Below are positions 51,472 through 64,000 of a stretch of DNA of 64,000 bases, piece by piece (the first letter of the stretch is position 1; each line of letters opens with the position of its first letter). Below the pieces are notes generated by a model, which worked only from the letters and a program-made list of their open reading frames with translations, was not told the origin of the DNA and searched no databases. The stretch spans positions 3,224,001-3,288,000 of the forward strand of contig OZ024763.1 in assembly GCA_964016885.1 (NCBI GenBank), in the 5' to 3' direction. This stretch comes from Eledone cirrhosa. Taxonomy: Eukaryota. The position numbers were made by a program, and so were the translations under genes.

Positions 51472-51860
51472 TTTCTAGTAAAGTTCAAAGAAACAAGGCA
51501 AGAGGCCATTATGAAAGTTTTTCATCGTCAGAGTGAAAAAAAGTCAACAAAACAAACGAAATATGAAAGAGAGTTACTGTAAAACTAGAAATAGTGAAAC
51601 GAACCAACGAAACGAAATTTTAATGCTGCTGCTACTGTACGTGTTACTGCTGGAAGAGATATTATATTTTTATATTTCTAACGTTAAAATATGCGATAAA
51701 AAAATATATTATTTCTTTTTTATTAATATAAATATGAAACTAACGAAAGAATATTGAATAAAACAACACAGACACACATATATATATGTGTATATATAAT
51801 ATATATATATGTGTGTATGTGTTTATATGTGTGTGTATATAACATATACATATATATATA

Positions 51861-51960
51861 TACAGGGTGTCCCTCAAAAATGTATACACACATCAATAAC
51901 ATTCTAATAAATATTGCCTATATAGGTAATCAAAGTATATATACATTTTTGGGGAACACC

Positions 51961-51965
<5 letters not shown>
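51861..51965. mobile_element. Small Tc1/mariner-type MITE
   Basis: TA-CAGGGTGT...ACACCCTG-TA; relatives at about 12880-12950, 45235-45320, 49805-49910, 54123-54205. Confidence 0.7.
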
Positions 51966-52011
<46 letters not shown>

Positions 52012-53960
52012 GGGTGGGGGGAGATTATATATATATATATATGTGGGTGTGTGTGTGTAAAATATATATATATTCATACATGTTTGTATGCATATGTATA
52101 CTGGCCTAGTACCTGTCAAAAAATGATGTGGGTTATAGTAAAACATATCTATTTTAACAATTCCTTGACTACAACATTCGATGTAAAGATATTTGAATCT
52201 TTGATTTTCCTTGACCTCCGTCAACCTGACACTCCAGCCATCGATGTATTACATTTAATACCACGCTGTGGGTTCATCTAGGATCTTGGGTAGCAGTGTA
52301 TCAAGATGTTTCTTGAAAACATCCACGTCCATATATCATCATCATCGTTTAATGTCTATCTTCCACGCTAGCATGGGTTAGGCGAGTTTGTCCCGGGTGA
52401 CCTGTGCCTCGCTCATATAGGACTATTTCTGGTTGGATGCCCTTCCTAATGCCAACCACATTTACAGTGTGGACTGGGAGCTTTTTTACCATGTCTCCTA
52501 GACGACCACTTTATAGTGTAGACTGGAAGTTCTGTGGTACCAACATAACTTTACAGAGAAAGGGTGGTGTGGGCAGAAGTGGGAGGATGGAGTAGGTGGT
52601 GTGGGATGTATATTTGGTTAAGAGGTGCCTACTGACTGTAGGTTTCAGTTTGTAAGGGAAGGCGTGTCTTCTGTATTACTGCGTAGCACCAAAGATCTCA
52701 ATCCAGTGACATTGTCTTAGAGAGGTGTAAGTGTGTAAGGTCAGTTTTTATCACCTCATCCAAGATTTTTCTGGGTCTACTTACTCTGTAGCTTCCATCA
52801 ATTTTCATTGCCCTGCACTGTTTTATACAGGTGTCATCCTTCATATATATTTAAGTATATGTACAAAATATCCAAAGGTGTGAAAAAGGAAAACTGCTTT
52901 ATTTATTAACTTCTGTAACACTATATAATCCTTCTTTGATTAACTTACCTATGTGACACCTGTTGCATACTCACTCTTTCTTTCTCTCTGCCTTACATGC
53001 ACTCTCCCTCTGTAACATCCATGTTCACTCCTACACTCTCCCTCTCTCACACCCATACTTTATCATATGCACTCTCCTCTTTTTTGACAAAAGTCTATAT
53101 ATTTCCATCCTTCCACTGTTACCATTTACACAACATATCTACACAATACTCTGACCTGTTTCCAGTCACAACACTTTGTATTACAGGGTGGACTGGGTAC
53201 TTTAGTAAGTAATCCACCCATTGACTAGCTTAGTAATTGGTTGGTTGTTTGTTTATTGCCGAAGGTCTTTCGTCACACATCTTGTGACCTCAATAACAAG
53301 TCTTGATTCTCTCTGTCTTCTCTTTCTTTTGCGCGTTCATACGGTTGTCCTTCCTGTTCCGTATAACCATGTCCATTACGAGCTGAAGATCCTCTAAGGT
53401 GAAACAATTGTTCTCGATATGGTGAACTAACTGTTGTGTTACCACCTCTACCTAACTCGGCCCATGGACTGAGTGCTCTACCACTACGGATATTACCTTC
53501 CATTGTTCTACTCCTCTATATATATATATATAAACTTTTGTCAAATCGGACCGAGGAAACAATGTTTCTATTAGTCTTTCCAATTGCTAATACTATCTAC
53601 CTATCACAACTCCAGGTAGAAGGAGCAACGTGAAATAAAGTGTCTTGCTCAAGGACATAACACATCGCCCGGTCCTGGAATAAAACTCACAACCTCACGA
53701 TTGTGAATCCAATTCTCTAACCACCCAGCCACACGCCTTCACATGGAAGACAAAGCAAAGTAAAATAAATTAAAATAGCGACAAATAAATTTGAGAAGAA
53801 ATGTTTTAATTTTCTTCAATTGATTACATTTGAAATTTAATGAGATAATATTAATGAAGAGTTATTAAATATGATTTATGGCTGTGATTCGAGCAATAAT
53901 GACCGCCTCTTCCATGTTAAAATATGACTGTTCAGAAAATGTCAATCACCAGAAGTAGAA

Positions 53961-54000
<40 letters not shown>

Positions 54001-54204
54001 TACATATATACACATATAAATACATACATACATACATACACATATATATATATATATGAGTATATACATATATATATATGTGTGTATATACATATATGTG
54101 TATATACATATATATTTATAGATACAGAATGTCCCCCCAAAATGTATGCACATATGTATTAGAAAGCTGTTGAAGTGTATATACATTTTTGGGGGATACC
54201 CTGT

Positions 54205-56180
<1,976 letters not shown>

Positions 56181-56196
56181 CCTGCCAAAGGTTATT

Positions 56197-56471
56197 TTAA
56201 GGCATCTGTAAGGACTTGGCCAGCAGGGCAGCGAGGGCTTGGTCAACATCTCCATTAGATCGTTGCAGTTCATCGAGAACTTGTTGTCTTTCAAAGCCGT
56301 ACGCCATCAGTCGTAGCATGGCTTCCTCAGGGACTTGTTGAGTGGCGGGAGAAGAAGGAGGAGGAGGAATGTGAGGAGCCGGAGGAGGAGGTGATGAAAC
56401 TGTATCTGAAGGGTTCGAAGTTGAGGTGGAGCAGGTGCCAAGGTTCCGACTAGAAACCAAAACTTGTTTTG
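56197..56471 (-). CDS. DDI2: DDI1/2-like protease terminal exon with UBA domain (…[45 protein letters not shown])
   Basis: phase-1 acceptor matches the upstream donor; xGF loop and NGD...A...L UBA pattern; TAA stop. Confidence 0.88.
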
Positions 56472-56557
56472 CTGAAATTAAAATGAAAAGAAAAAAGTTT
56501 TCAGAAAAAATTCTTAAAATAATAAACAATCTTTTAATGAAACTAAACCCATACTCC

Positions 56558-56752
56558 AGCCACACTCAGTCCGGTCAAGCCACACTCAGTCCGGCCATGC
56601 CACACTCAGTCCGGTCAAGCCACACTCAGTCCGGTCAAGCCACACTCAGTCCGGTCAAGCCACACTCAGTCCGGTCAAGCCACACTCGGTCCGGCCATGC
56701 CACACTCGGTCCGGCCTGCCACACTCGGTCCGGCCATGCCACACTCAGTCCA
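56558..56752. repeat. 20-bp GC-rich minisatellite filling most of the last DDI intron
   Basis: gccacactcagtccggtcaa about x10. Confidence 0.92.
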
Positions 56753-56795
56753 GTAAAATTACTCTCACTCCAGTGCAAAGGGAGATAATCCTCAC

Positions 56796-56985
56796 ATGAT
56801 GCCTCCTCAGCAGACTTAGCTAAGGCCTCAGCTAACTGTTGGTCCTCACTCTCCATAGAAGCTGAAGATGGTCTCTGTAAGAGGTTCAGTCGAGCGTGTT
56901 CCGGAAGTTCTGATTCACTGAGAAAAGGTGTCTCTGTTCCTGTCGTACCAATAACTAATACATTTCGTTTTAAATCTATTGAACA
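56796..56985 (-). CDS. DDI2: DDI1/2-like protease exon, RVP end and UIM ([16 protein letters not shown]...ELPEHARL...[18 protein letters not shown])
   Basis: 190 nt; CSIDL..N.L.IGTTG motif then a UIM-like helix. Confidence 0.92.
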
Positions 56986-57094
56986 CTGGAAATAGAAAAT
57001 ATATGTAAATATGGGTTATATCGAATAATAATCTTATATATATATTGATTGGAGAACTGCGAGACTGTGTCCAGTTTATTATTTTGCATATATA

Positions 57095-57290
57095 GGGGCA
57101 GTGGATTGGCAGTATCGGTAGAGTGTCGGACGCCATGCTTTGACGCATAGAGTTACGGTCCTTGCCATTCTGAGTTCAAATCCCGCCGAGGTTAACTTTG
57201 CCTTTCATCCTTACGGGGTCGATAAAATAAAGTGCCAGTAATGCACTGGGTAATTGATGGCTTTGTGCCAAAAGTAGAAACAATTATTTT
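57095..57290 (+). mobile_element. tRNA-derived SINE (MetaSINE-like central domain)
   Basis: A-box-like tggcagtatcggt, B box gagttcaaatcc, gcctttcatccttacggggtcgataaa core; copies at about 9330-9465, 9600-9780, 37195-37390, 49560-49755, 62545-62985. Confidence 0.8.
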
Positions 57291-57467
57291 GCATATATAT
57301 ACACATATTAAATTAAAAATAAAAAGTTGAATGACATATATATCTAAAATAAACACATCAAACAATTACAGGGGATAATTTGTAAAGAGTGTAAACACAC
57401 CTAGTTACGGAGGTAACATATTAAAAATTAACAAGAACCTTGAATTCAGATACCTTGCAATAATGAT

Positions 57468-57497
<30 letters not shown>

Positions 57498-57498
<1 letters not shown>

Positions 57499-58100
57499 GG
57501 TGGCTGCCAACTCGTTTTCGAGTACGGCCACTACTTTATATCCATGTAGGAGAACCCCTACCGATGCGCTGAACGAGAGTGACTTTTCAGTCCAGCCAGC
57601 GACTTGAAAACTCTGGTACAAACACTACATTTGTGACAATTGTTGACACATAGTGCTGGGCCCATAGTACCATGTGACGACAAGTGCAGAGAGATCTCCA
57701 GATATAAAGCAATGCCTGTGCCGTGAAGCTTTTATAGTGAACAAAGGCACTGCACAAAGCCAGTCCCACTCTCTTAACCAAGATGATATTTACCAAAAAG
57801 AAGAACAAGTCAACATCATTGGATACCATCAGGGTTGCAGGTGTTATATCAGAGTTTTCCTTCTCCTAGAATTCTGCCTTGACAAAAGCTAAGGGGTCAT
57901 CTCTCCCGGTGATTTTGGATGACCATTGACTCTTAAGAGCTCCTTTGCCATGTTTTGTTTTTAGTCCTGCAGGATGTCCAAAGTCACACTCCTCACCAAG
58001 AAACTTTGGTGGGGTTGCCAGTTTAGTCGCCAACGACACGACCATGAGACAGGTTGTACTGGGATACATGTTACCAGTAGCACCAACTGGTGACCTGACA
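57498..58100 (-). mobile_element. Short non-autonomous LINE derivative with zinc-finger-like 3' end
   Basis: matches 4369-4847 (+), which encodes [14 protein letters not shown]; both are flanked by (TA)n. Confidence 0.65.
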
Positions 58101-58166
58101 TAAATATATATATATATATATATATACATATATACACATTATATACATATCATATTATATACACAC

Positions 58167-58270
58167 CTGATGTCGTCTTAACATATCCAGTCCTAATAAC
58201 ATATCCACAGGTTGATCTTCCAATATTGAGAAGGAAGACTGAAGAAAATCAGGACCAATTTGTATTTGAC
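58167..58270 (-). CDS. DDI2: DDI1/2-like protease exon ([34 protein letters not shown])
   Basis: 104 nt; MLLGLDML motif. Confidence 0.96.
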
Positions 58271-58629
58271 CTAAAAATATAGTTAACAGAGAGCATTACA
58301 GTGGTGATGGTGGTGGTGGAGGTGGTGGTGATGTATGGTGTTGGTGGAGGCGGCGGTGATAGTTAATAGAGAGCATTACAGTGGTGTGGTGTATTGGCGG
58401 TGGTGGGTGTGATGATAGTTAATAGTGAACATTATAGTGGTATGGTGATGGTGGTGGTGTATTGTAGTGGTGGTGTGTATGGTGATGGTGGCAGCATAGT
58501 CAACAGAGAACATTATAGTGGTGTGGTGGTGATGTAATGTATTGTGATGGTGGGTGGTGGGGGGTGCATGGTGGTGATGGTGCTGTATTGTGGTGGGGGG
58601 TGCATGGTGGTGGTGGATATGTGTGTGTG

Positions 58630-58661
<32 letters not shown>

Positions 58662-59099
58662 TGCAGAGTGGGCAGACCCAAGAAGACCTGGGATGAGGTG
58701 ATAAAAGCCGACCTTACCCAATTACACACGACCGTGGCTTCTGGCGTCACGCAGTAATACAGAATACCCGACCTCCCATGGGTACAAGCCGAAGCTGAAG
58801 CATATAGACAATATGCTCCCACGCGCTCCACTGCAAAAAAGCACCCAGCCCACACTGTAAAGTGGATGTGTAGGCGTCTCGGAATAAAAACCACCCAGCA
58901 CTCATTGTAAATGAGGTTGGTGTTAGGAAGGGCATCCAGCTGTAGAAATCAAGCCAGTTTCCATATGAGCAAGGCATGGTCAGCCGATTGGACACTGCCC
59001 ACAACAGGACAACCCGTCTAACCCATGCTAGCGTGGAAGAACAGACATAAAACGGTGATGATGATGATGACATGTACCTAACCACACTCCAGTACTCAC

Positions 59100-59228
59100 C
59101 TAAATGTACTCTTCCAATAATCTTCTGTGTACCAACACCTTTCGCTATCCCTGCCCATCGATTGTCTACAAGTCGCATAATGTTGCAACGTTCTGCACAC
59201 GACTGACTCATGATGGTCATCTGAGCAC
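59100..59228 (-). CDS. DDI2: DDI1/2-like protease exon ([42 protein letters not shown])
   Basis: 129 nt; highly conserved RVP segment. Confidence 0.97.
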
Positions 59229-59254
59229 CTGGTGGAATAGAAATAATACAACAC

Positions 59255-59535
59255 TGAGTACCTGATGTCCATCAGAGCACCTGGTGATCAACAGAGCACC
59301 TGATGATCAACAGAGCACCTGATGATCAACAGAGCACCTGATGATCAACAGAGCACCTGATGATCAACAGAGCACCTGATGGTCAACAGAGCACCTGATG
59401 GCCATCAGAGCACCTGATGGCCATCAGAGCACCTGATGGTCAACAGAGCACCTGATGGTCAACAGAGCACTTGATGGTCAACAGAGCACCTGATGGTCAA
59501 CAGAGCACCTGATGGTCAACAGAGCACTTGATGGA
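59255..59535. repeat. 19-bp minisatellite copied from the adjacent DDI splice acceptor and exon start
   Basis: minus-strand unit aggtgctctgttgaccatc versus the true junction ag|gtgctcagatgaccatc. Confidence 0.92.
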
Positions 59536-59699
59536 ATGGAAACAATTTGGTAAAACTAAAATATTTTTTATGTTTGTTGAAGAAGGCCAGGTTGGAAACT
59601 AAAGGGTTAAGGGCTGAAACACTCACTTGAGGAGGGTTTCTTTTCTGAAGAGCTTCTGCTGTCCAGTTCTCCTGACAGTTTCTTAACACTATATATAAG

Positions 59700-59939
59700 T
59701 TAACCCTTTCATGACCACATTTCTAATGAAATATACTTTATTTTAATTAATTAATGAAGAATTTTGAGGAATTTACTAAAATTATTAATTATTTCATTAC
59801 TAAGATTGTAACTTAATGTAAGGTTCTTATATAAAATTATGTTGGAAGATTTTAATTTAATTTGGAAACCTTTAAAATGGGTGATTTTATTTCATAGAAC
59901 CAGAGCTGGTTTTGACCAGGTTGGTAACTAAAGGGTTAA
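59700..59939. mobile_element. Second piggyBac-type MITE family
   Basis: TTAA-CCCTTT...AAAGGG-TTAA; copies at 8124-8348, 38461-38690 (partial) and 13158-13285 (partial). Confidence 0.75.
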
Positions 59940-59961
59940 AGAAATGTTGAAATGATGTTAC

Positions 59962-60089
59962 CAGAGTCTACAAATGCCTTCACAGGATGACCGTTCACTT
60001 TACAGTCGATGTACAACATGTGGACTTGACCAAAACTTTCGGGGGCAAACTCCATAGCCGTCTCCATGTTAGTTTCAACATTTTTTAGT
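59962..60089 (-). CDS. DDI2: DDI1/2-like protease exon with catalytic Asp (…[29 protein letters not shown])
   Basis: 128 nt; retroviral-like protease DSG active site. Confidence 0.97.
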
Positions 60090-60174
60090 CTGTCAAAGTA
60101 AAAAAAGAAAATATTAAATTAACTTAATAAAATTAGATCAAATCAGACATTAAATAACTGCATTTTTTAATAAT

Positions 60175-60780
60175 AATGAACAAGGAAGCCTGCGCAGTGC
60201 CCTCTACATATGAATGGAGTTCCACTGAAGCAGGTTGAGAAGTTCAAGTACCTCGGGGTCGTGTTCCCGAGTGATGGAAGGTAGGAGACTGAATTAAGTG
60301 CAAGGATTGCAGGAGCTGGTGCAGTAATGTACCAGCTTCAGGATTCAGTAATCAGAAGAAGGTAGGTTGGTGTAAAAACCAAACTCGCTATTTGGTATTC
60401 ATGCCAACTCTTACCTATGATCATGAATTTTGGGTAATGACTGAAAGAATACGATTACGAATACAAGCAGCCAAAGTGGGATTCCTCCAAATGGAGTAAC
60501 TTTACTCGATAGAGTGCATAGTTTGGAGATCAGAGAGTCACTCCAGGTAGAGCTGTTACTTCTCCAAATTGAGAGATCACAGCTCCGATACTATGGACAT
60601 GTGGTTAGAATGTCTCAGGAAAGAATCGCTGGACAGATTTTACAGCCAAAACAAACTAGCAGGAAACCCAGAGGCAGACCCCGAACAAGATGGTTGTATA
60701 ACATCCATGAGCTTGGCTGGTCTCGCTTGGGGATCCAGCGGAATCAATTGGAAATGGTTGCTACTGACAGGACCCTTTGA
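60175..60780 (+). mobile_element. Decayed RTE-like LINE 3' fragment in a DDI intron
   Basis: VEKFKYLGV, QLRYYGHVVRM, PRGRPRTRW; same family at 6875-7400 (-), 7530-7690 (-), 9985-10270 (+), 37700-38240, 43590-43670. Confidence 0.8.
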
Positions 60781-60981
60781 ACTGAAACCGGTAAAAGACA
60801 TACAAGAATGTGGTGCCCCAGCATGGCCACAGTCTAATGACTGAAACCAGTAAAAGAATATAAAAAGATTTGGTGCCCCAACATGGCCACAGTCTAATAA
60901 CTGAAATCAGTAAAAGAATATAAAAGAATGTGGTGCCCCAGCATGGCCACAGCCTCAGTAAAAGACATAAAAGCAAATTAC

Positions 60982-61108
60982 CGAATTTCTTCCGCTATCA
61001 TTTTCTGAACCTCTGGACTGAAGGGATTTGCTGACATTAGTCGCATCCTTTCTTCAGCTTTCTCCATCCTCTCACTTTGTTGTTGTCGAAACACCTCAGA
61101 AAATTTCT
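60982..61108 (-). CDS. DDI2: DDI1/2-like protease exon (EKFSEVFRQQQSERMEKAEERMRLMSANPFSPEVQKMIAEEIR)
   Basis: 127 nt, HDD C-terminal helix motif, frame-consistent. Confidence 0.93.
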
Positions 61109-61209
61109 CTGAAAATCAAAGAAAACAACAAGAAAACATTTTAAAAACGTTTTCAATATGAAATCTAGATTATAATAACTATATCTTCTTCATCATTTAA
61201 TGTCTATTT

Positions 61210-62212
61210 TTACACCTTTTACAGGGTGGACTTATTGCTATGGGACCAGCTCGACCACTTTACAGGGTGGACTGGGTGGTTTTAGCCATGAAAGCTACAC
61301 TACCACCTTACAGTGTGGACTGGGTGCTTTTTGTCATGTTACCAGCACACCCACCATTCAGGGTGGACTGGATCGTTTTAGACATATCACCAGCACAACC
61401 ACTTTACAGGTTGGAAGAGGTGCTTTTTGTTGTGAGACCTACACGATCACTTTACAGTGTGGACTGAGTGTTTTTTGCCGTGTCACCAGCACCACATTAC
61501 AGTGTGAACTGGGTACTTTTTACCATGTCTCCAGTATGACCACCTTACAGGATGAACTGAGTGCTTTTTGCCATATCACCAACACAACCGCCTAACAACA
61601 TGGACTGGGTGCTTTTTGTTGTGGCACCGCATTGACCACATTACAGTGTGGACAGGGTCTTTTTGCCATGTCACCAGCACAACCACCTTACAGGATGGAT
61701 TAGGTGCTTTTTGCATGTCACCAGCACAACCACCTTACAGGATGGATTGGGTGCTTTTTGCGTGTCACCAACACAACCACCTTACAGGATGGATTGGGTG
61801 CTTTTTGCATGTCACCAGCACAACCACCTTACAGGATGGATTGGGTGCTTTTTGTTGTCACCAGCACAACCACCTTACAGGATGGATTGGGTGCTTTTTG
61901 CATGTCACCAGCACAACCACCTTACAGGATGGATTGGGTGCTTTTTGCCATGTCACCAGCACAACCACCTTACAGGATGGATTGGGTGCTTTTTGCTGTG
62001 TCACCAGCACAACCACCTTACAGGATGGATTGGGTGCTTTTTGACGTGTCACCAGCACAACCACCTTACAGGATGGATTGGGTGCTTTTTGCCATGTCAC
62101 CAGCACAACCACCTTACAGGATGGATTGGGTGCTTTTTGACGTGTCACCAGCACAACCACCTTACAGGGTGGATTGGGTGGTCTTTGCTGTGTAACCAGT
62201 ACAACCACTTTA
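61210..62212. repeat. ~48-bp minisatellite derived from the RTE/SINE 3'UTR internal repeat
   Basis: gccatgtcaccagcacaaccaccttacaggatggattgggtgcttttt; homogeneous 61650-62212, diverged upstream. Confidence 0.9.
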
Positions 62213-62274
62213 TGTAGACAAAACAGTGAGGAGTTGGTGGAGATTTAAATAAACAAAAGAAAGAATCTCAATAC

Positions 62275-62502
62275 CCAAACTTCCGCTGACCAAGGCCTCA
62301 GCCAAGGGGGGATTCCTCTCCTTTAAAAGGGCCAGTTCATGTGGATTACTGAGGAACATATCTCGCACAACTTTGGGATCATCCATGAAACTTGCTCCAC
62401 CACCTTGCCCTTGACTGCTTGACTGTCCTGCAGAAGAGGTCTGGGGTAGAGAGCCAACTCCAGGGATTTGGATACTGCCAAAATCAATCACAGGAGCTGA
62501 TC
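62275..62502 (-). CDS. DDI2: DDI1/2-like protease exon, linker and HDD (SAPVIDFGSIQIPG...DDPKVVRDMFLSNPHELALLKERNPPLAEALVSGSL)
   Basis: IDFxSI.PG and NPHELxLLKERNPPLAEAL are characteristic DDI motifs; canonical splice sites. Confidence 0.93.
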
Positions 62503-63122
62503 CTGAAAAATATGAAGGAAAAAATAAGGGTTTAATAATAATAATAATGGTTTCTTATATAGGCACAAGGCCAGCAATTTTAGGGGAGGGGAAAGTCGAT
62601 TAAATCGACCTCAGTGCATTACTGGTACTTTACTTTATCAATCCTGTAAGGATGAAAGATAAAGCTAACATTGGTGAGATTTGAGCTCAGAATGTAAAGG
62701 GCCGTAACTCTATGCCGCGAAGCATGTTGTCCGACGCTCTACCGATTCGTTTCTATTAGCTTCTGTTCATTTAATGGTTTCTGATTTAGGCACAAAGCCA
62801 GCAAATGTTTTTTGGGGGCAGGGAGGGGAAAGTCAATTAAATCGAGCCCAGTGCATTACTGGTACGTTATTTTATCAACCCCCATGAGGGGAAAGGCAAA
62901 GTTAACCTCGGCTGGGATTTGAACTCAGAACGAAAAGGGCTGTAACTCTATGCCACAAAGCATGGTGTCCAATGCTCAACCGTTTTGTTTTTATTAGCTT
63001 TTGTTCATTAAATATTTGTTTATGTCTTTTAACTTTTACTAATTTTAATTATATGAAAACAAAGAATGATGAGACCATTATTGAACTAAAAGACTTGGCT
63101 TGGTTCATTCCAAACATATTTT

Positions 63123-63532
63123 CATGTATGACAATACTACAATCAGTGGATCCACAACATTGTCACCAGAAACCAGCCATGCATGAACAATTCTACAACC
63201 AGTGGATCCACAACATTGTCACCAGAACCAGCCATGCATGAACAATTCTACAACCAGTGGATCCACAACATTGTCACCAGAAACCAGCCATGTATGACAA
63301 TACTACAACCAGTGGATCCACAACATTGTCACCAGAAACCAGCCATGTATGACAATACTACAATCAGTGGATCCACAACATTGTCACCAGAAACCAGCCA
63401 TGTATGACAATACTACAATCAGTGGATCCACAACATTGTCACCAGAAACCAGCCATGTATGACAATACTACAATCAGTGGATCCACAACATTGTCACCAG
63501 AAACCAGCCATGTATGACAATACTACAACCAG
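63123..63532. repeat. 55-bp minisatellite (~7 copies)
   Basis: catgtatgacaatactacaatcagtggatccacaacattgtcaccagaaaccagc. Confidence 0.92.
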
Positions 63533-63679
63533 TAAACTCACAGCCTTGTCAAGGACTAACTACACACCACACACACTCACCAACCAGGACTACACACACA
63601 CACTAACACACAAACACACCAGGACTAATAACTACACATAGACACACACTCACCAACCAGGACTAAGTAAGTTTTACAC

Positions 63680-63922
63680 GAGAGAACCAGGGGCTGTTTT
63701 GAGATAGTTTAGTAGCTATGATCAGAGGACCAGGGGCTGTTTTGAGATAGTTTAGTAGCTATGATCAGAGAACCAGGGGCTTTTTGAGATAGTTTAGTAG
63801 CTATGATCAGAGGACCAGGGGCTGTTTGGGGATAGTTTAGTAGCTATGAGACAAGATTAAAATAAAGTTAGTTTCACATGAGAGAACCAGGGGTTGTTTG
63901 AGATAGTTTAGTAGCTATGAGA
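63680..63922. repeat. 43-bp minisatellite (~5 copies)
   Basis: agagaaccaggggctgttttgagatagtttagtagctatgatc. Confidence 0.9.
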
Positions 63923-63970
63923 CACGAGTTAAATCTATGAGACAAGATTAAAATGTGAAAACAAAGAGAC

Positions 63971-64000
63971 CTGTTTTGTTGGCAGTGGAGAGCAGCAAGA
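63971..64000 (-). CDS. DDI2: DDI1/2-like protease, probable 3' end of the UBL-domain exon (LLLSTANKT), continues beyond the window
   Basis: phase-1 end matches the next exon; donor gtctct is weak. Confidence 0.5.

Noticed and set aside
51516-51535. CTGACGA-t-GAAA on the minus strand upstream of the RSKR ATG
   Set aside because: No stem II between the core segments; probably chance
57095-57190. tRNA gene
   Set aside because: A/B boxes belong to a multi-copy SINE head; no cloverleaf
61568-62217. Repetitive ORFs (SPAQPPYRMDWVLF)n
   Set aside because: Products of a 48-bp minisatellite, antisense within a DDI intron

Overview
AT-rich, (TA)n-saturated animal genomic DNA, most likely an octopus/coleoid cephalopod (inferred from the repeat landscape, not from a database match). 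Nearly all YIYI/MYVC-type ORFs in the track are microsatellite artefacts. Two spliced genes were reconstructed by hand on the minus strand with frame-consistent GT-AG junctions. One is an RSKR/SGK494-type AGC kinase (14 coding exons, ATG at 51471, ending near 30.0 kb). The other is a DDI1/DDI2-family aspartic protease (from beyond 64000 to a stop at 56197) that appears to carry both a UIM and a C-terminal UBA. The rest is RTE and CR1 LINE pieces (one young RTE with an open APE-RT frame), tRNA-SINEs, piggyBac- and Tc1-type MITEs and many minisatellites. Three signals are not explained by these features: (1) several families of type I hammerhead-ribozyme motifs in (TA)n tracts, some as head-to-head palindromic pairs; (2) a 12-kb fold-back array of 14 ~0.6-0.84-kb units, each with a splice-flanked 63-nt cassette reading ...SKYxNIQ... 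plus conserved hairpins; (3) minisatellites seeded from real splice sites of both genes. Exon coordinates were checked by hand; repeat boundaries are approximate.
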